DNA of 64,000 bases, from NCBI GenBank assembly GCA_027317865.1, contig DAHVQG010000004.1, positions 96,001-160,000 of the forward strand. Direction: 5' to 3'. This DNA comes from Bdellovibrionales bacterium (GTDB lineage Bacteria; Bdellovibrionota; Bdellovibrionia; Bdellovibrionales; UBA1609). The notes under the pieces are model-generated. The model saw only the letters and a program-made list of their open reading frames with translations. It was not told the origin of the DNA and ran no database searches. Shown piece after piece: positions 30,227 to 39,063 of this stretch; within the stretch, counting starts at the first letter, position 1, and each line of letters opens with the position of its first letter. The position numbers were made by a program, and so were the translations under genes.

Positions 30227-30859
30227 TCAGGCGGCGATCCACATTTCCAAATTTTTTTCATCATTTATGCTCTGGAGCGGCAAAATACAAAGCCGGTGTC
30301 GCTCGTTCATTGGTTGGTCGGCAATTAGACAGCACATCAACTCAATTTGCTGTTTACTGTTGGGCTTTGCAATCCGAACTTTGAAGTGCCCGGCAACCCA
30401 CTCAGGCACATTTTCATCGAGATTCATCCCCCCGACCGAAATATCTTTCGTGAAGGTTCGAAAAATACGGCTGCCTGATAGAATTGTAATCTGCATTCTC
30501 TTTTTATACCGTTTTTTATTACGGACGACGAAATCAGATGTCAGGACGGCAATAGCTTCGTTAGTTGCCGTTTGTCGAAACTGCGGTTCATCTAACGGCG
30601 CCAACGACGACTCTTCTGTTCCTTTGGGAGGGGGCGGCGGAGAAACCGACGGCACACGATAAATCATCTCGGTTAACCCATCGACCTGATTGACGGGTCT
30701 CCAGTCCGGCCATTCGTCTTTCCATGCAAACCAATTTTCAAGTTGTGAAGTATCTAAATTTGAAATAAACGCGCGAGCTTCGTCAAACAAGAGACCCTCT
30801 ATAATTCGGCCATCAAGCTTTCGGAACAAACACCATAAATGAGGTTTTCTTTCAGACAT
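30227..30859 (-). CDS. GYF_2-like + PilZ domain protein
   Basis: WFAWKDEWPDWRPV (GYF_2-like), Pro-rich linker, RNKKR (RxxxR) and DISVGG (DxSxxG). Confidence 0.78.
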   Translation of the reverse strand: MSERKPHLWCLFRKLDGRIIEGLLFDEARAFISNLDTSQLENWFAWKDEWPDWRPVNQVDGLTEMIYRVPSVSPPPPPKGTEESSLAPLDEPQFRQTATNEAIAVLTSDFVVRNKKRYKKRMQITILSGSRIFRTFTKDISVGGMNLDENVPEWVAGHFKVRIAKPNSKQQIELMCCLIADQPMNERHRLCILPLQSINDEKNLEMWIAA

Positions 30860-30874
30860 TTCGCTCTCACTTAT

Positions 30875-31795
30875 TCAAAAACACGACCGAGACACATACC
30901 CACGCTTGCTCCCGACCTGAACCTCAACCCAGCCGTTAATCACTTGATAAAGTGCGTAGCGGTGCCCTCTATAAATTTCACCGATTTTATTGGCACCACC
31001 GTCAGCCTGCGCCAGCACATCGCAGTTATACTTTGGTGCGCGCGCAATGACTTCTGTGGGAATTGAACTGACTTGCCGTTGTATTTGATTTCGCGCCGTC
31101 CGCATTTTGTTTTTTGCTTCATCCGCACGAAATGCTTTTTCACGCAACACTCGAAGCTGGTCATTTAGCACCTTTTGCTTGCGCCTCAATTGGATGATGT
31201 CTCTGGCGATTGCTTCGGTTTGCACTTTGTCCTGCTCAACCGTATTTTGAAGTTTCAAATTTTCACTTCTCTGCTGCGCAAGCTTTTGCGCGAGGTTTGT
31301 CTTCTGTGTCTTAGCCATCTGCAATTCGGAATTTGTGATTTTAAGTCTCGTCTTCGTCGCAGAGACCTTTGCCTCAATCTCAGCAACCCATTTCTTTGAG
31401 ACTTCTATTTGATGCTTGTAGAGACGCTCCATTCTTCGCTCTTGTGCGATTTGCCGGTCATAAATGCCGATCTGCCGCTTAGCAATGGCTTGCTTGATTT
31501 TAGCTTCATGTATTTGACGTATAGCCTGTAGGCGTAACTTTTCTTCGGCGAGCTTTTCTTCATGGTCTTGGCGTCGAAGTTGTGCGGCTTCCGTTCGCGC
31601 CTGAATAGAATTAGAAATCACGGAATCGACGTCACTCTCGACATCGTTGACGCTTTCAGCATGAGCCCGCTCAATACAAAAGCCGGTCACCGCTTCACCG
31701 GACAAAAGTGGAGATGTGAAGCCCGCAAAAACTAACCCGACTAATAGCAATAGCGCTCGAACAAGTTGATGTTTAGACGGCAATCCAATCTTCAT
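30875..31795 (-). CDS. Exported coiled-coil protein with C-terminal SH3b-like domain
   Basis: N-terminal hydrophobic segment, ~200-aa heptad-rich region, C-terminal KIGEI..G.....NGWVEV...KRGYV. Confidence 0.72.
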   Translation of the reverse strand: MKIGLPSKHQLVRALLLLVGLVFAGFTSPLLSGEAVTGFCIERAHAESVNDVESDVDSVISNSIQARTEAAQLRRQDHEEKLAEEKLRLQAIRQIHEAKIKQAIAKRQIGIYDRQIAQERRMERLYKHQIEVSKKWVAEIEAKVSATKTRLKITNSELQMAKTQKTNLAQKLAQQRSENLKLQNTVEQDKVQTEAIARDIIQLRRKQKVLNDQLRVLREKAFRADEAKNKMRTARNQIQRQVSSIPTEVIARAPKYNCDVLAQADGGANKIGEIYRGHRYALYQVINGWVEVQVGSKRGYVSRSCF

Positions 31796-31811
31796 AGTTC
31801 ACTCCAACTTC

Positions 31812-31838
31812 ATATCGGCAGTTTCATTTAAATGTATA
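31812..31838 (-). promoter_or_regulatory. Putative sigma28 (FliA) promoter
   Basis: Minus strand TATA-N15-GCCGATAT just upstream of the GGAG RBS of the 31795 gene (consensus TAAA-N15-GCCGATAA). Confidence 0.6.
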
Positions 31839-31950
31839 AATTTCAGGACCATACCCATTTTAGCACCTGCATCAATGTGTAGTTCCAGATTGGAGTTAAC
31901 TTTATCTGCAATATAAAAGGAGCTGATGGCAAATTTGCGCGGCCTAGACT

Positions 31951-31967
31951 TTGGCATAGGGATTGCT
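31951..31967 (+). promoter_or_regulatory. Sigma54 (RpoN) -24/-12 promoter
   Basis: TTGGCAT-AGGGA-TTGCT: GG at 31953-54 and GC at 31965-66 with exact GG-N10-GC spacing. Confidence 0.75.
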
Positions 31968-31977
31968 ACATGTTCTA

Positions 31978-32031
31978 AGCATCCCCCCTTGGCGGCCTGG
32001 CCCCCCTTACCCTCCAGGTCGCTTTTTTTTT
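31978..32031 (+). ncRNA. Candidate sigma54-dependent small RNA with C-rich single-stranded segments
   Basis: Starts 12 nt after the -12 box; two CCCCCCTT motifs; ends in a 9-bp stem plus T9. Confidence 0.6.
31992..32031 (+). terminator. Intrinsic terminator
   Basis: Stem GCGGCCTGG/CCAGGTCGC, 13-nt loop CCCCCCTTACCCT, then nine T. Confidence 0.8.
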
Positions 32032-32056
32032 GCCCAAAATCGTTTAACCTGAATGT

Positions 32057-32815
32057 ATGCTTTCGTTTTTTGGGCTTTTATTTTTTCTGCCGGCCGCGTT
32101 TGCGTTTCAAGTGTTTTTAGATGCGGGACATGGCGGTCAAGATCGAGGCGCCAGTTACGGAAAAATCGTCGAAAAAACGATTGCTTTAAGCGTCACCAAA
32201 CGGGTCGGCCAATTGTTGGAACAGCACTCGGGGATTCAAGTCACGTACAGCCGAACAACGGACGTGTACCGGTCGCTTCAGCAAAGAGTCAGTATGGCAA
32301 ACAAGGATCACCCAAATCTTTTTTTGAGTATTCATGTAAACGCATCGCCCGATCGCCGGGCTTGTGGACCCGATATTTATTTTCAGAACGTTTTAGATCC
32401 TGACCAAGAAACTTTGTTTTTGGCTAACCTCGAAAATCAAAATCTTCGTGACGCGAGCAATTCTCGCCCCTCTGAACACTATGTCAAAGATCCCGATGTA
32501 AACGCTATCATCGATGATCTGGAACGCGACCATCGCATACAGTTGAGCAGTATTTTTTCAGAGGATCTCCGCAAATATTGGGACGGCGATTACGCTGTTA
32601 GCAGTAGCCAAGATATCCGGCAAGCCCCGTTTTATGTGATTAGCAACGTCAATGCTCCAGCCGCATTGCTCGAACTCGGCTATTTGACCAACCCGATCGA
32701 AGGTCCCTTGCTCACTAAAGCCGCGTACCAAAACAAAATTGCCAAAGGTATAGTCAACGCCATAATCAAATACAAAGATGTCGTGGACAAGCGCTCACAA
32801 CAAAGCCTAGATTAA
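32057..32815 (+). CDS. N-acetylmuramoyl-L-alanine amidase (Amidase_3)
   Basis: FLDAGHGG.D.GA, EK, SIHVNA, QAPFYV and LLELGYLTN; signal peptide; no AMIN domain. Confidence 0.92.
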   Translation: MLSFFGLLFFLPAAFAFQVFLDAGHGGQDRGASYGKIVEKTIALSVTKRVGQLLEQHSGIQVTYSRTTDVYRSLQQRVSMANKDHPNLFLSIHVNASPDRRACGPDIYFQNVLDPDQETLFLANLENQNLRDASNSRPSEHYVKDPDVNAIIDDLERDHRIQLSSIFSEDLRKYWDGDYAVSSSQDIRQAPFYVISNVNAPAALLELGYLTNPIEGPLLTKAAYQNKIAKGIVNAIIKYKDVVDKRSQQSLD

Positions 32816-32819
32816 CGAC

Positions 32820-33548
32820 ATGCGCGCCGAAAATCGCCCTTACAATTCAATTCGAAAACTTGAAATAATCCCTCATGTCCTTCGTTATGCAGAAGGAAGC
32901 GTGCGGATTCATTTAGGGGAAACCCAATTAATCTGCTCAGCCACAGTGGAACCTAATATACCTAAGTGGTTAATGGGTCAGGGCAGCGGCTGGATTACGG
33001 CCGAATACGGCATGTTGCCGCGTTCGACCCACACGCGAATCCAACGCGAAAAAGCGATGGCTGGCGGGCGAGCGCAAGAAATTTCACGGCTAATTGGGCG
33101 CGCACTTCGCGCCGGTTTTGATCTCAAGGCTCTAGGCGAAAGACAAATCACGGTTGATTGTGATGTATTACAGGCCGACGGCGGTACGCGAACTGCCGCC
33201 GTATCAGGTGGGTTTGTGGCCGTATGTCTTGCGCTCCAGTTTTTGATGCAGCAAAACCAACTCAAACAACTCCCGATCAAAAGTTATATCGCGGCAATCA
33301 GCGCCGGGATTGGCCACGACGGATGTCTTCTCGATCTCGATTATGATGAAGATTCTAGCATTAAGACCGACATGAATTTTGTGATGAACGATCACAACGA
33401 ACTCGTTGAAATTCAAGGGACTGCCGAGGGTGGTACTTTTAGTTTGTCTCAGCTCAATCAGCTCCTTGAGCTTGCACAGCAGGGTTGCCAGCAAGTTTTT
33501 CGCGCTCAACAAAAAATTATTGGCGAGTTCTTCCCACTAAAACAGTAA
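32820..33548 (+). CDS. rph: Ribonuclease PH
   Basis: AEGS, GWITAEYGMLPRST, EISRLIGR and CDVLQADGGTRTA. Confidence 0.97.
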   Translation: MRAENRPYNSIRKLEIIPHVLRYAEGSVRIHLGETQLICSATVEPNIPKWLMGQGSGWITAEYGMLPRSTHTRIQREKAMAGGRAQEISRLIGRALRAGFDLKALGERQITVDCDVLQADGGTRTAAVSGGFVAVCLALQFLMQQNQLKQLPIKSYIAAISAGIGHDGCLLDLDYDEDSSIKTDMNFVMNDHNELVEIQGTAEGGTFSLSQLNQLLELAQQGCQQVFRAQQKIIGEFFPLKQ

Positions 33549-33570
33549 AAACTTAATCTTAAAAACGGGA

Positions 33571-34155
33571 ATGGCACTTATGGAACTATGGCTCGCCTCA
33601 AACAACCGCGGCAAACTCATTGAGTTTAAAACTCTGCTGCCAACACTCGACATTCATGCACAAAATGAATTGCCGGTATACAGTGCCCCCGTAGAAAACG
33701 GTAAAACGTTTGAAGACAACGCGCGAATCAAAGCTCGATCACTCAAATCTGTTAAAACTGGCGTTTGGGTTGTAGGTGAAGACTCTGGGCTTGAGGTCAG
33801 CGGTTTAAACAATTTCCCGGGCATTTATTCAGCCCGTTATGCAGGCGACCATGCGAGCGATGCGGAAAATGTCGCAAAGCTTTTAAAAATGCTCAACTTG
33901 CGTTCCCCTCACAACCGAGCGGCACGATTTGTTTGCACAATTGTCGCTTATTCGCCCGAGGGGCAGGAATTCGTGATGACCGGAACTTTTGATGGCCAAA
34001 TTTCTGAAAAGGTCAGGGGTAACGCCGGTTTTGGCTACGACCCGATTTTCATCCCCAATAATGAAACCCAAACACTGGCTGAACTGGGCATAACTCGCAA
34101 AAACCAAATTTCACATCGCGCAGCCGCGATTCGAAAACTGGCCGAGCTATTTTAG
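33571..34155 (+). CDS. rdgB: dITP/XTP pyrophosphatase
   Basis: SNNRGKLIE, DSGLEV, PGIYSARY, GFGYDPIF and KNQISHR. Confidence 0.96.
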   Translation: MALMELWLASNNRGKLIEFKTLLPTLDIHAQNELPVYSAPVENGKTFEDNARIKARSLKSVKTGVWVVGEDSGLEVSGLNNFPGIYSARYAGDHASDAENVAKLLKMLNLRSPHNRAARFVCTIVAYSPEGQEFVMTGTFDGQISEKVRGNAGFGYDPIFIPNNETQTLAELGITRKNQISHRAAAIRKLAELF

Positions 34156-34460
34156 CCCTCGAACTCCTTAAACCCGTCTACTGTCACGCACACAAACGGA
34201 TCGAGCGAAGCATAGATCAAAAATTGGCGTTTGATTTTTTCTGAGGCCCCAACCAGAGCAAATCGCCCACCGCGTTGCCCCAGTTCAACTGCCGTCTTGT
34301 ACAGCAATTGAATCATCGGCAAGGACATAAACTGTAGGCCTGAAACGTCATAGGCCACCTGATTGACATCAGCCACCGCAGATACCAGCTCAGCCTTCGC
34401 TTCAGCGAAATTAAATGCATCTATCCGCCCAGGAGCGGTCAAATAACTCCAACCCGCCAT
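34152..34460 (-). CDS. STAS-domain (anti-sigma-factor antagonist-like) protein
   Basis: GRIDA.N, DVSGLQFMS and GGRFALVG pattern; 102 aa. Confidence 0.7.
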   Translation of the reverse strand: MAGWSYLTAPGRIDAFNFAEAKAELVSAVADVNQVAYDVSGLQFMSLPMIQLLYKTAVELGQRGGRFALVGASEKIKRQFLIYASLDPFVCVTVDGFKEFEG

Positions 34461-34510
34461 GAGCAGATTATATAGACAAATTTTTAGTTTTTCAGTACAA
34501 AAACGAACCT

Positions 34511-35455
34511 ATGGCCGACCTCAAAATATTTTCTGGAAATACCAATCATCAATTTGCCGAGCGCGTTGCGGCTTGCGCCGGCGTTGAGCTCGGCCACTGC
34601 AAATTTGGGCGCTTTGCTGACGGTGAAATCCAAATCGAAATTCATGAGAGCGTACGCGGGTCAAATGTCTTTGTCATTCAAAGCACTTGCCCGCCGGTTA
34701 ACGAAAGTTATATGGAGCTTTTTCTGATTCTCGATTCATTGCGTAGGGCCTCAGCCGAAAACATCTCAGCTGTTTTACCGTACTACGGTTATGCCCGCCA
34801 AGACCGAAAGGTCGCGCCAAGGGCGCCGATTTCGGCAAAATGTGTGGCAACGCTTCTTAAAACGGCTGGAGCTGATCGGTTGATCGCCGTTGACTTGCAT
34901 TCGTCACAGATTCAAGGGTTTTTCGATGGCCCTGTGGATCACTTGTTTGCCACGCCCACATTTGCGCGAGAATGGCGCTCGCGATATGGCTCAGGCGATG
35001 AATTCGTTACAGTTAGCCCAGACGCCGGTGGTGTGGAGCGCACACGCGCGTTTGCAAAGCGCATTGGTTGCTCGATTGCGATTATTGATAAGCGCCGGGC
35101 CGGTCCAAATCAGGTCGAATCGGTTAATCTTGTGGGTGAAGTCCGTGGCAAAACCGCAATTATTTTGGACGATATGATCGATACCGCCGGGACTTTGACT
35201 CAGGCTGTTGACAGTCTTCTCAAGAATGGTGCAAAAAGGGTGTTTGCTGTTGCCACCCATCCCGTACTTTCGGGTCCGGCTGTTGCACGTTTGAAAGAAA
35301 GCGGCGTGGAAAAGGTATGGGTAACGGACACGATACCGTTAAGGCCCGAAGCTGTTGCAAGTGGCAAATTTGAAGTAATTTCGGTGGCCCCGGTCGTTGC
35401 TGAGGCCATCAAACGAATCAACACGCACGACAGTGTCAGCGCGTTGTTTGATTAG
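34511..35455 (+). CDS. prs: Ribose-phosphate pyrophosphokinase
   Basis: FADGE, PYYGYARQDRK, DLH, SPDAGG and DDMIDTAGT. Confidence 0.97.
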   Translation: MADLKIFSGNTNHQFAERVAACAGVELGHCKFGRFADGEIQIEIHESVRGSNVFVIQSTCPPVNESYMELFLILDSLRRASAENISAVLPYYGYARQDRKVAPRAPISAKCVATLLKTAGADRLIAVDLHSSQIQGFFDGPVDHLFATPTFAREWRSRYGSGDEFVTVSPDAGGVERTRAFAKRIGCSIAIIDKRRAGPNQVESVNLVGEVRGKTAIILDDMIDTAGTLTQAVDSLLKNGAKRVFAVATHPVLSGPAVARLKESGVEKVWVTDTIPLRPEAVASGKFEVISVAPVVAEAIKRINTHDSVSALFD

Positions 35456-35489
35456 AATACGGACTGTACAGAAGAAAGCGAGAGCGAAA

Positions 35490-36227
35490 ATGGCAGAAAA
35501 TTTTGAATTTAACGTTGAACTGAGAAAAACTGGTAAACACAATTCACGCCGTTTACGTCGAGAAGGGCATGTCCCGGCTGTTGTTTATGGGCCGAGCCTG
35601 AAAAACGTATCACTGTATGTATCTGAAAAGGAAGTTGTTCGATTTGCCAAGCAACAATACGAAAATACGATTTTTGTATTTAAATCCGCTGACAAATCGC
35701 TCAACAATTTAAAAGTGCTTAAAAAAGCCACCACTCTCCATCCCGTTTCTCGACGGCCCGTGCATCTTGATTTTTTCGCAATTGATTTAAACAAAGCCAT
35801 TCGCGTTTCGGTCGAAGTCCGCTACGAAGGTCGCGCCGCCGGAGTAAAAGATGGCGGTATTCTTAATACGGTTCGCCGCGACGTCGAAGTCGAATGCTTA
35901 CCCGCTCAAATCCCACAGTTTTTAGCCATCGATGTTACCCCGCTTGGAATTGGCAATTCGTTACACGTCTCAGATTTACAAATGCCCGAAGGAATCCGCT
36001 TGATCACGCTCCCGACCGAAACTCTTTGCACAGTCACTATGGTTGAAGAAATCGTGGCTGAGGTGGCTCCGGCCGCTGCTGCGACTGCCGAAGGTGCTGC
36101 TGCGGGAGCCGCTGCCGGTGCTGCTGCGGGAGCCGCTGCGGGCGCTGCCGGTGCTGCGGGTGCGACACCAGCCGCTGGTGCCGATGCGAAAAAAGCTGAA
36201 GCCGGCGGAAAAGACGCGAAAAAATAA
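35490..36227 (+). CDS. rplY: 50S ribosomal protein L25/Ctc
   Basis: RRLRREGHVPAVVYG, HPV..RPVHLDF and GVKDGG; Ala/Gly-rich tail; ATG 35490. Confidence 0.95.
   Translation: MAENFEFNVELRKTGKHNSRRLRREGHVPAVVYGPSLKNVSLYVSEKEVVRFAKQQYENTIFVFKSADKSLNNLKVLKKATTLHPVSRRPVHLDFFAIDLNKAIRVSVEVRYEGRAAGVKDGGILNTVRRDVEVECLPAQIPQFLAIDVTPLGIGNSLHVSDLQMPEGIRLITLPTETLCTVTMVEEIVAEVAPAAAATAEGAAAGAAAGAAAGAAAGAAGAAGATPAAGADAKKAEAGGKDAKK
36093..36140 (+). repeat. 24-bp tandem duplication within the rplY tail
   Basis: GGTGCTGCTGCGGGAGCCGCTGC(C/G) x2, encoding GAAAGAAA. Confidence 0.8.
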
Positions 36228-36250
36228 TTCACGCGGACGTGCTATATTCG

Positions 36251-36868
36251 ATGAACGATATTCGCGGGCCAGTTCTTATTGTTGGGCTAGGGAATCCAGG
36301 GTACCGCTATCAGCTCACTCGGCATAATGTTGGTTTTTTGGTCCTCGATGCAATTTCACGTCATTTAGAAGCGGCGAATCCTGCTGAACAGTTCAAAAGC
36401 TTGGTCTCGAAAGTCAAACACGCGGGCCACGACGTCATTTTTGCTAAACCGCAAACGTTTATGAATTTGTCCGGCGAAGCCGTTCAACCTTTGATCGCGT
36501 TTTACAAAATTCCATTAGAAAATTTGCTCGTTATTCACGACGATATCGATCAACCGTTCGGACAAATGAAATTTCAAAAAAATCGCGGTACAGGCGGCCA
36601 CAATGGAATTCGCAACATTCATGAAAAATTGGGTACTGCCGATTACGCGCGTCTGAAAATTGGAGTTGGCCGGCCAGCCGAGCCGAAGATGGCCATCGAC
36701 AAATATGTTTTGCAAAATTTCGCCCCCGATCAAGAGGACCAACTGCGTGAAGTGATTCAGCGGGCCGGTGAAGCAACCTTGACATTTATCGAAGCCGGCT
36801 TTCAGCGCGCCCAAAACGAATACAATACGGGAGCGGTCCGTGAACAAAACGAAGAAGATTCGGAGTAG
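36251..36868 (+). CDS. pth: Peptidyl-tRNA hydrolase
   Basis: IVGLGNPG, TRHNVGF, KPQTFMNLSG, HDDID and GGHNG. Confidence 0.97.
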   Translation: MNDIRGPVLIVGLGNPGYRYQLTRHNVGFLVLDAISRHLEAANPAEQFKSLVSKVKHAGHDVIFAKPQTFMNLSGEAVQPLIAFYKIPLENLLVIHDDIDQPFGQMKFQKNRGTGGHNGIRNIHEKLGTADYARLKIGVGRPAEPKMAIDKYVLQNFAPDQEDQLREVIQRAGEATLTFIEAGFQRAQNEYNTGAVREQNEEDSE

Positions 36869-36873
36869 ATGAT

Positions 36874-37986
36874 ATGAGTTTAAAAGCCGGGATAGTCGGT
36901 CTACCCAACGTTGGCAAAAGCACTTTATTTAATGCTCTAACCGCGGCAAAGGCCGAAGCGGCCAATTACCCGTTCTGTACAATTGATCCGAATGTGGGGG
37001 TTGTGACGGTGCCGGACGAACGGCTCGACAAAATCGCACAGTTAGTGAAACCACAAAAAGTTGTCCCCACGGTAATGGAGTTTGTTGACATTGCGGGCCT
37101 AGTTGCTGGAGCGAGCAAGGGTGAAGGACTTGGTAACCAATTTCTCGCAAACATTCGTGAAACCGACGCCATATTGCACGTAGTCCGCTGTTTTGAGGAC
37201 TCAAACGTCGTTCACGTCGCCGGGTCTGTTGATCCGCAACGCGATATAGGCACGATTAACACCGAACTCGTTCTCGCTGATCTCGATAGCGTCGATAAGC
37301 GTTTGAAACGCATTGAAAAGGCGGCACAAAGTTCGAAGGACGTAAACCTCAAACTTGAATACGGCTTAGTAAAAAAAGTTTGGACGGCATTGAACGAAGG
37401 GCAACCCGCACGGTCGATTACAATTGACGAAGGTGAAGAACCTTTTTTGCACGAACTTCATCTGCTCACGACAAAACCCGTACTTTACGTATGCAACGTT
37501 GCGGAAGGTGATTACACTTCTTTGGGCACCGGCAATAAAAGCCAGTGGATCAAACAAGTTGAAGATCACGCCACGCGCGAAGGCAATCAAAGTGTTGCGA
37601 TTTGTTCGGCCATTGAAGCGGAGATCGCACAACTCCCCGAAGAAGAGCGGCTGGAGTTCATTCAATCGCTAGGCATGAAAGAACCTGGGCTGCATCGGCT
37701 CATTCGCGAGTCGTACAAATTGTTGAACTTAATTACGTACTTCACGGCCGGGCCGAAAGAAGTTCGTGCATGGACCATACGCAAAGGCACAAAAGCGCCA
37801 CAAGCGGCTGGGGTGATTCACTCTGATTTCGAACGCGGGTTCATTCGCGCCGAGACATATCACTGTGACGATTTATTCGAACTCAAAAACGAAGCGGCAG
37901 TAAAAGAGGCAGGCAAATACCGATCTGAGGGTAAAGACTACGTCGTTCGTGACGGTGATGTGATGCTATTTCGTTTTAACGTTTAG
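36874..37986 (+). CDS. ychF: Redox-regulated ATPase YchF
   Basis: [29 protein letters not shown] and [15 protein letters not shown]. Confidence 0.97.
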   Translation: MSLKAGIVGLPNVGKSTLFNALTAAKAEAANYPFCTIDPNVGVVTVPDERLDKIAQLVKPQKVVPTVMEFVDIAGLVAGASKGEGLGNQFLANIRETDAILHVVRCFEDSNVVHVAGSVDPQRDIGTINTELVLADLDSVDKRLKRIEKAAQSSKDVNLKLEYGLVKKVWTALNEGQPARSITIDEGEEPFLHELHLLTTKPVLYVCNVAEGDYTSLGTGNKSQWIKQVEDHATREGNQSVAICSAIEAEIAQLPEEERLEFIQSLGMKEPGLHRLIRESYKLLNLITYFTAGPKEVRAWTIRKGTKAPQAAGVIHSDFERGFIRAETYHCDDLFELKNEAAVKEAGKYRSEGKDYVVRDGDVMLFRFNV

Positions 37987-38013
37987 TTTGCGAGTAGCGA
38001 ACAAGACAAAATA

Positions 38014-39063
38014 CTATTCTTTTTTCGTTTGCGGATCCCAGGCGTCGCGAAGGCCGTCACCGAAAATATTGAATGCCATCATAGTTAAAAATAACGCAAG
38101 CCCTGGTGCTATAATAAGGTGCGGGTAAGTTCTAATTGTCTTCCATCCATCGTTGGCGAGCACTCCCCAACTGGAATACGGTGGCTGCAACCCAAGGCCA
38201 ATAAAGCTCAAAAAACTCTCAAACATAATGTTGGAGACAATCTGCGCAGTTACGACCACTATAATCGGCCCGGTGATGTTAGGAATAATGTGGCGAAAGA
38301 TAATCCGCCGGTCGCTTGCACCCATCGAACGTGCCGACTCAACATAAAGAGTTTGTTTCGCCTTTAAAACCTCGCCGCGCACAACACGCGAAAGCATGAG
38401 CCAGCCAAAAACGCTGAGTGCGAGAAGCACCCCCGCCACGGCCCTCACTTCCGGATTCATCCCTTGATCAATGGAATCGAACATGATTTTAACTAGAATA
38501 AGTAGCACAAGTGTCGGAATTGAATCTAATGTGTCCACAATTCGCATCATAAGGGCGTCAACGCGTCCTCCGATCCATCCCGAAATTGCACCATAGACCG
38601 TACCCATCACGAGCGAGACGAGGGCCGTTAAAACTCCAACCGCCATTGAAACTTGTGCGCCATAAATGAGTCGCGATAATAGATCACGCCCCAGATCGTC
38701 CGTTCCAAGCCAGTGCGACCACGATGGCGGCGCTAAAACCTCATTCGCATTCTGAGCTGCAAAACTGTAAGGTGCGATGTGCTGCGCGAATATCGCAATA
38801 AGGCTTACAAAACCAATAAAGATGAGCGAGATAAACGCCATACGGTTGCGCTTTAGCCGGCGCCACGTATCACGCCATAGAGAGCTACCTTTTGTTCGTT
38901 CCGCAGCACGCTCCAAAAAATCGACCCCTTGTACTGTTGGAGTAAAACTCGCGTTTTCTTCAAACTTGTGCGCGTGTGCATTCTCTCGCGATACAATCGC
39001 GGCATCTGACTCGCGCCTTACTTTCTGGCCGTTATCGCCGGCTCCAACAAAATCTGTGCTCAT
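38014..39063 (-). CDS. oppC: Oligopeptide ABC transporter permease OppC
   Basis: HWLGTDDLGRDL, EAA-like ESARSMGAS, FLSFIGLG and GDGLRDAWDP. Confidence 0.92.
   Translation of the reverse strand: MSTDFVGAGDNGQKVRRESDAAIVSRENAHAHKFEENASFTPTVQGVDFLERAAERTKGSSLWRDTWRRLKRNRMAFISLIFIGFVSLIAIFAQHIAPYSFAAQNANEVLAPPSWSHWLGTDDLGRDLLSRLIYGAQVSMAVGVLTALVSLVMGTVYGAISGWIGGRVDALMMRIVDTLDSIPTLVLLILVKIMFDSIDQGMNPEVRAVAGVLLALSVFGWLMLSRVVRGEVLKAKQTLYVESARSMGASDRRIIFRHIIPNITGPIIVVVTAQIVSNIMFESFLSFIGLGLQPPYSSWGVLANDGWKTIRTYPHLIIAPGLALFLTMMAFNIFGDGLRDAWDPQTKKE

Noticed and set aside
31926-32120. 64-aa ORF across the sigma54 promoter and hairpin
   Set aside because: It runs through a promoter and a terminator and overlaps the amidase; no family resemblance. 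A leader-peptide role cannot be fully excluded.
34156-34510. Expected tRNA genes after rdgB or before prs
   Set aside because: The space is filled by the STAS ORF; no cloverleaf or T-arm motif seen.
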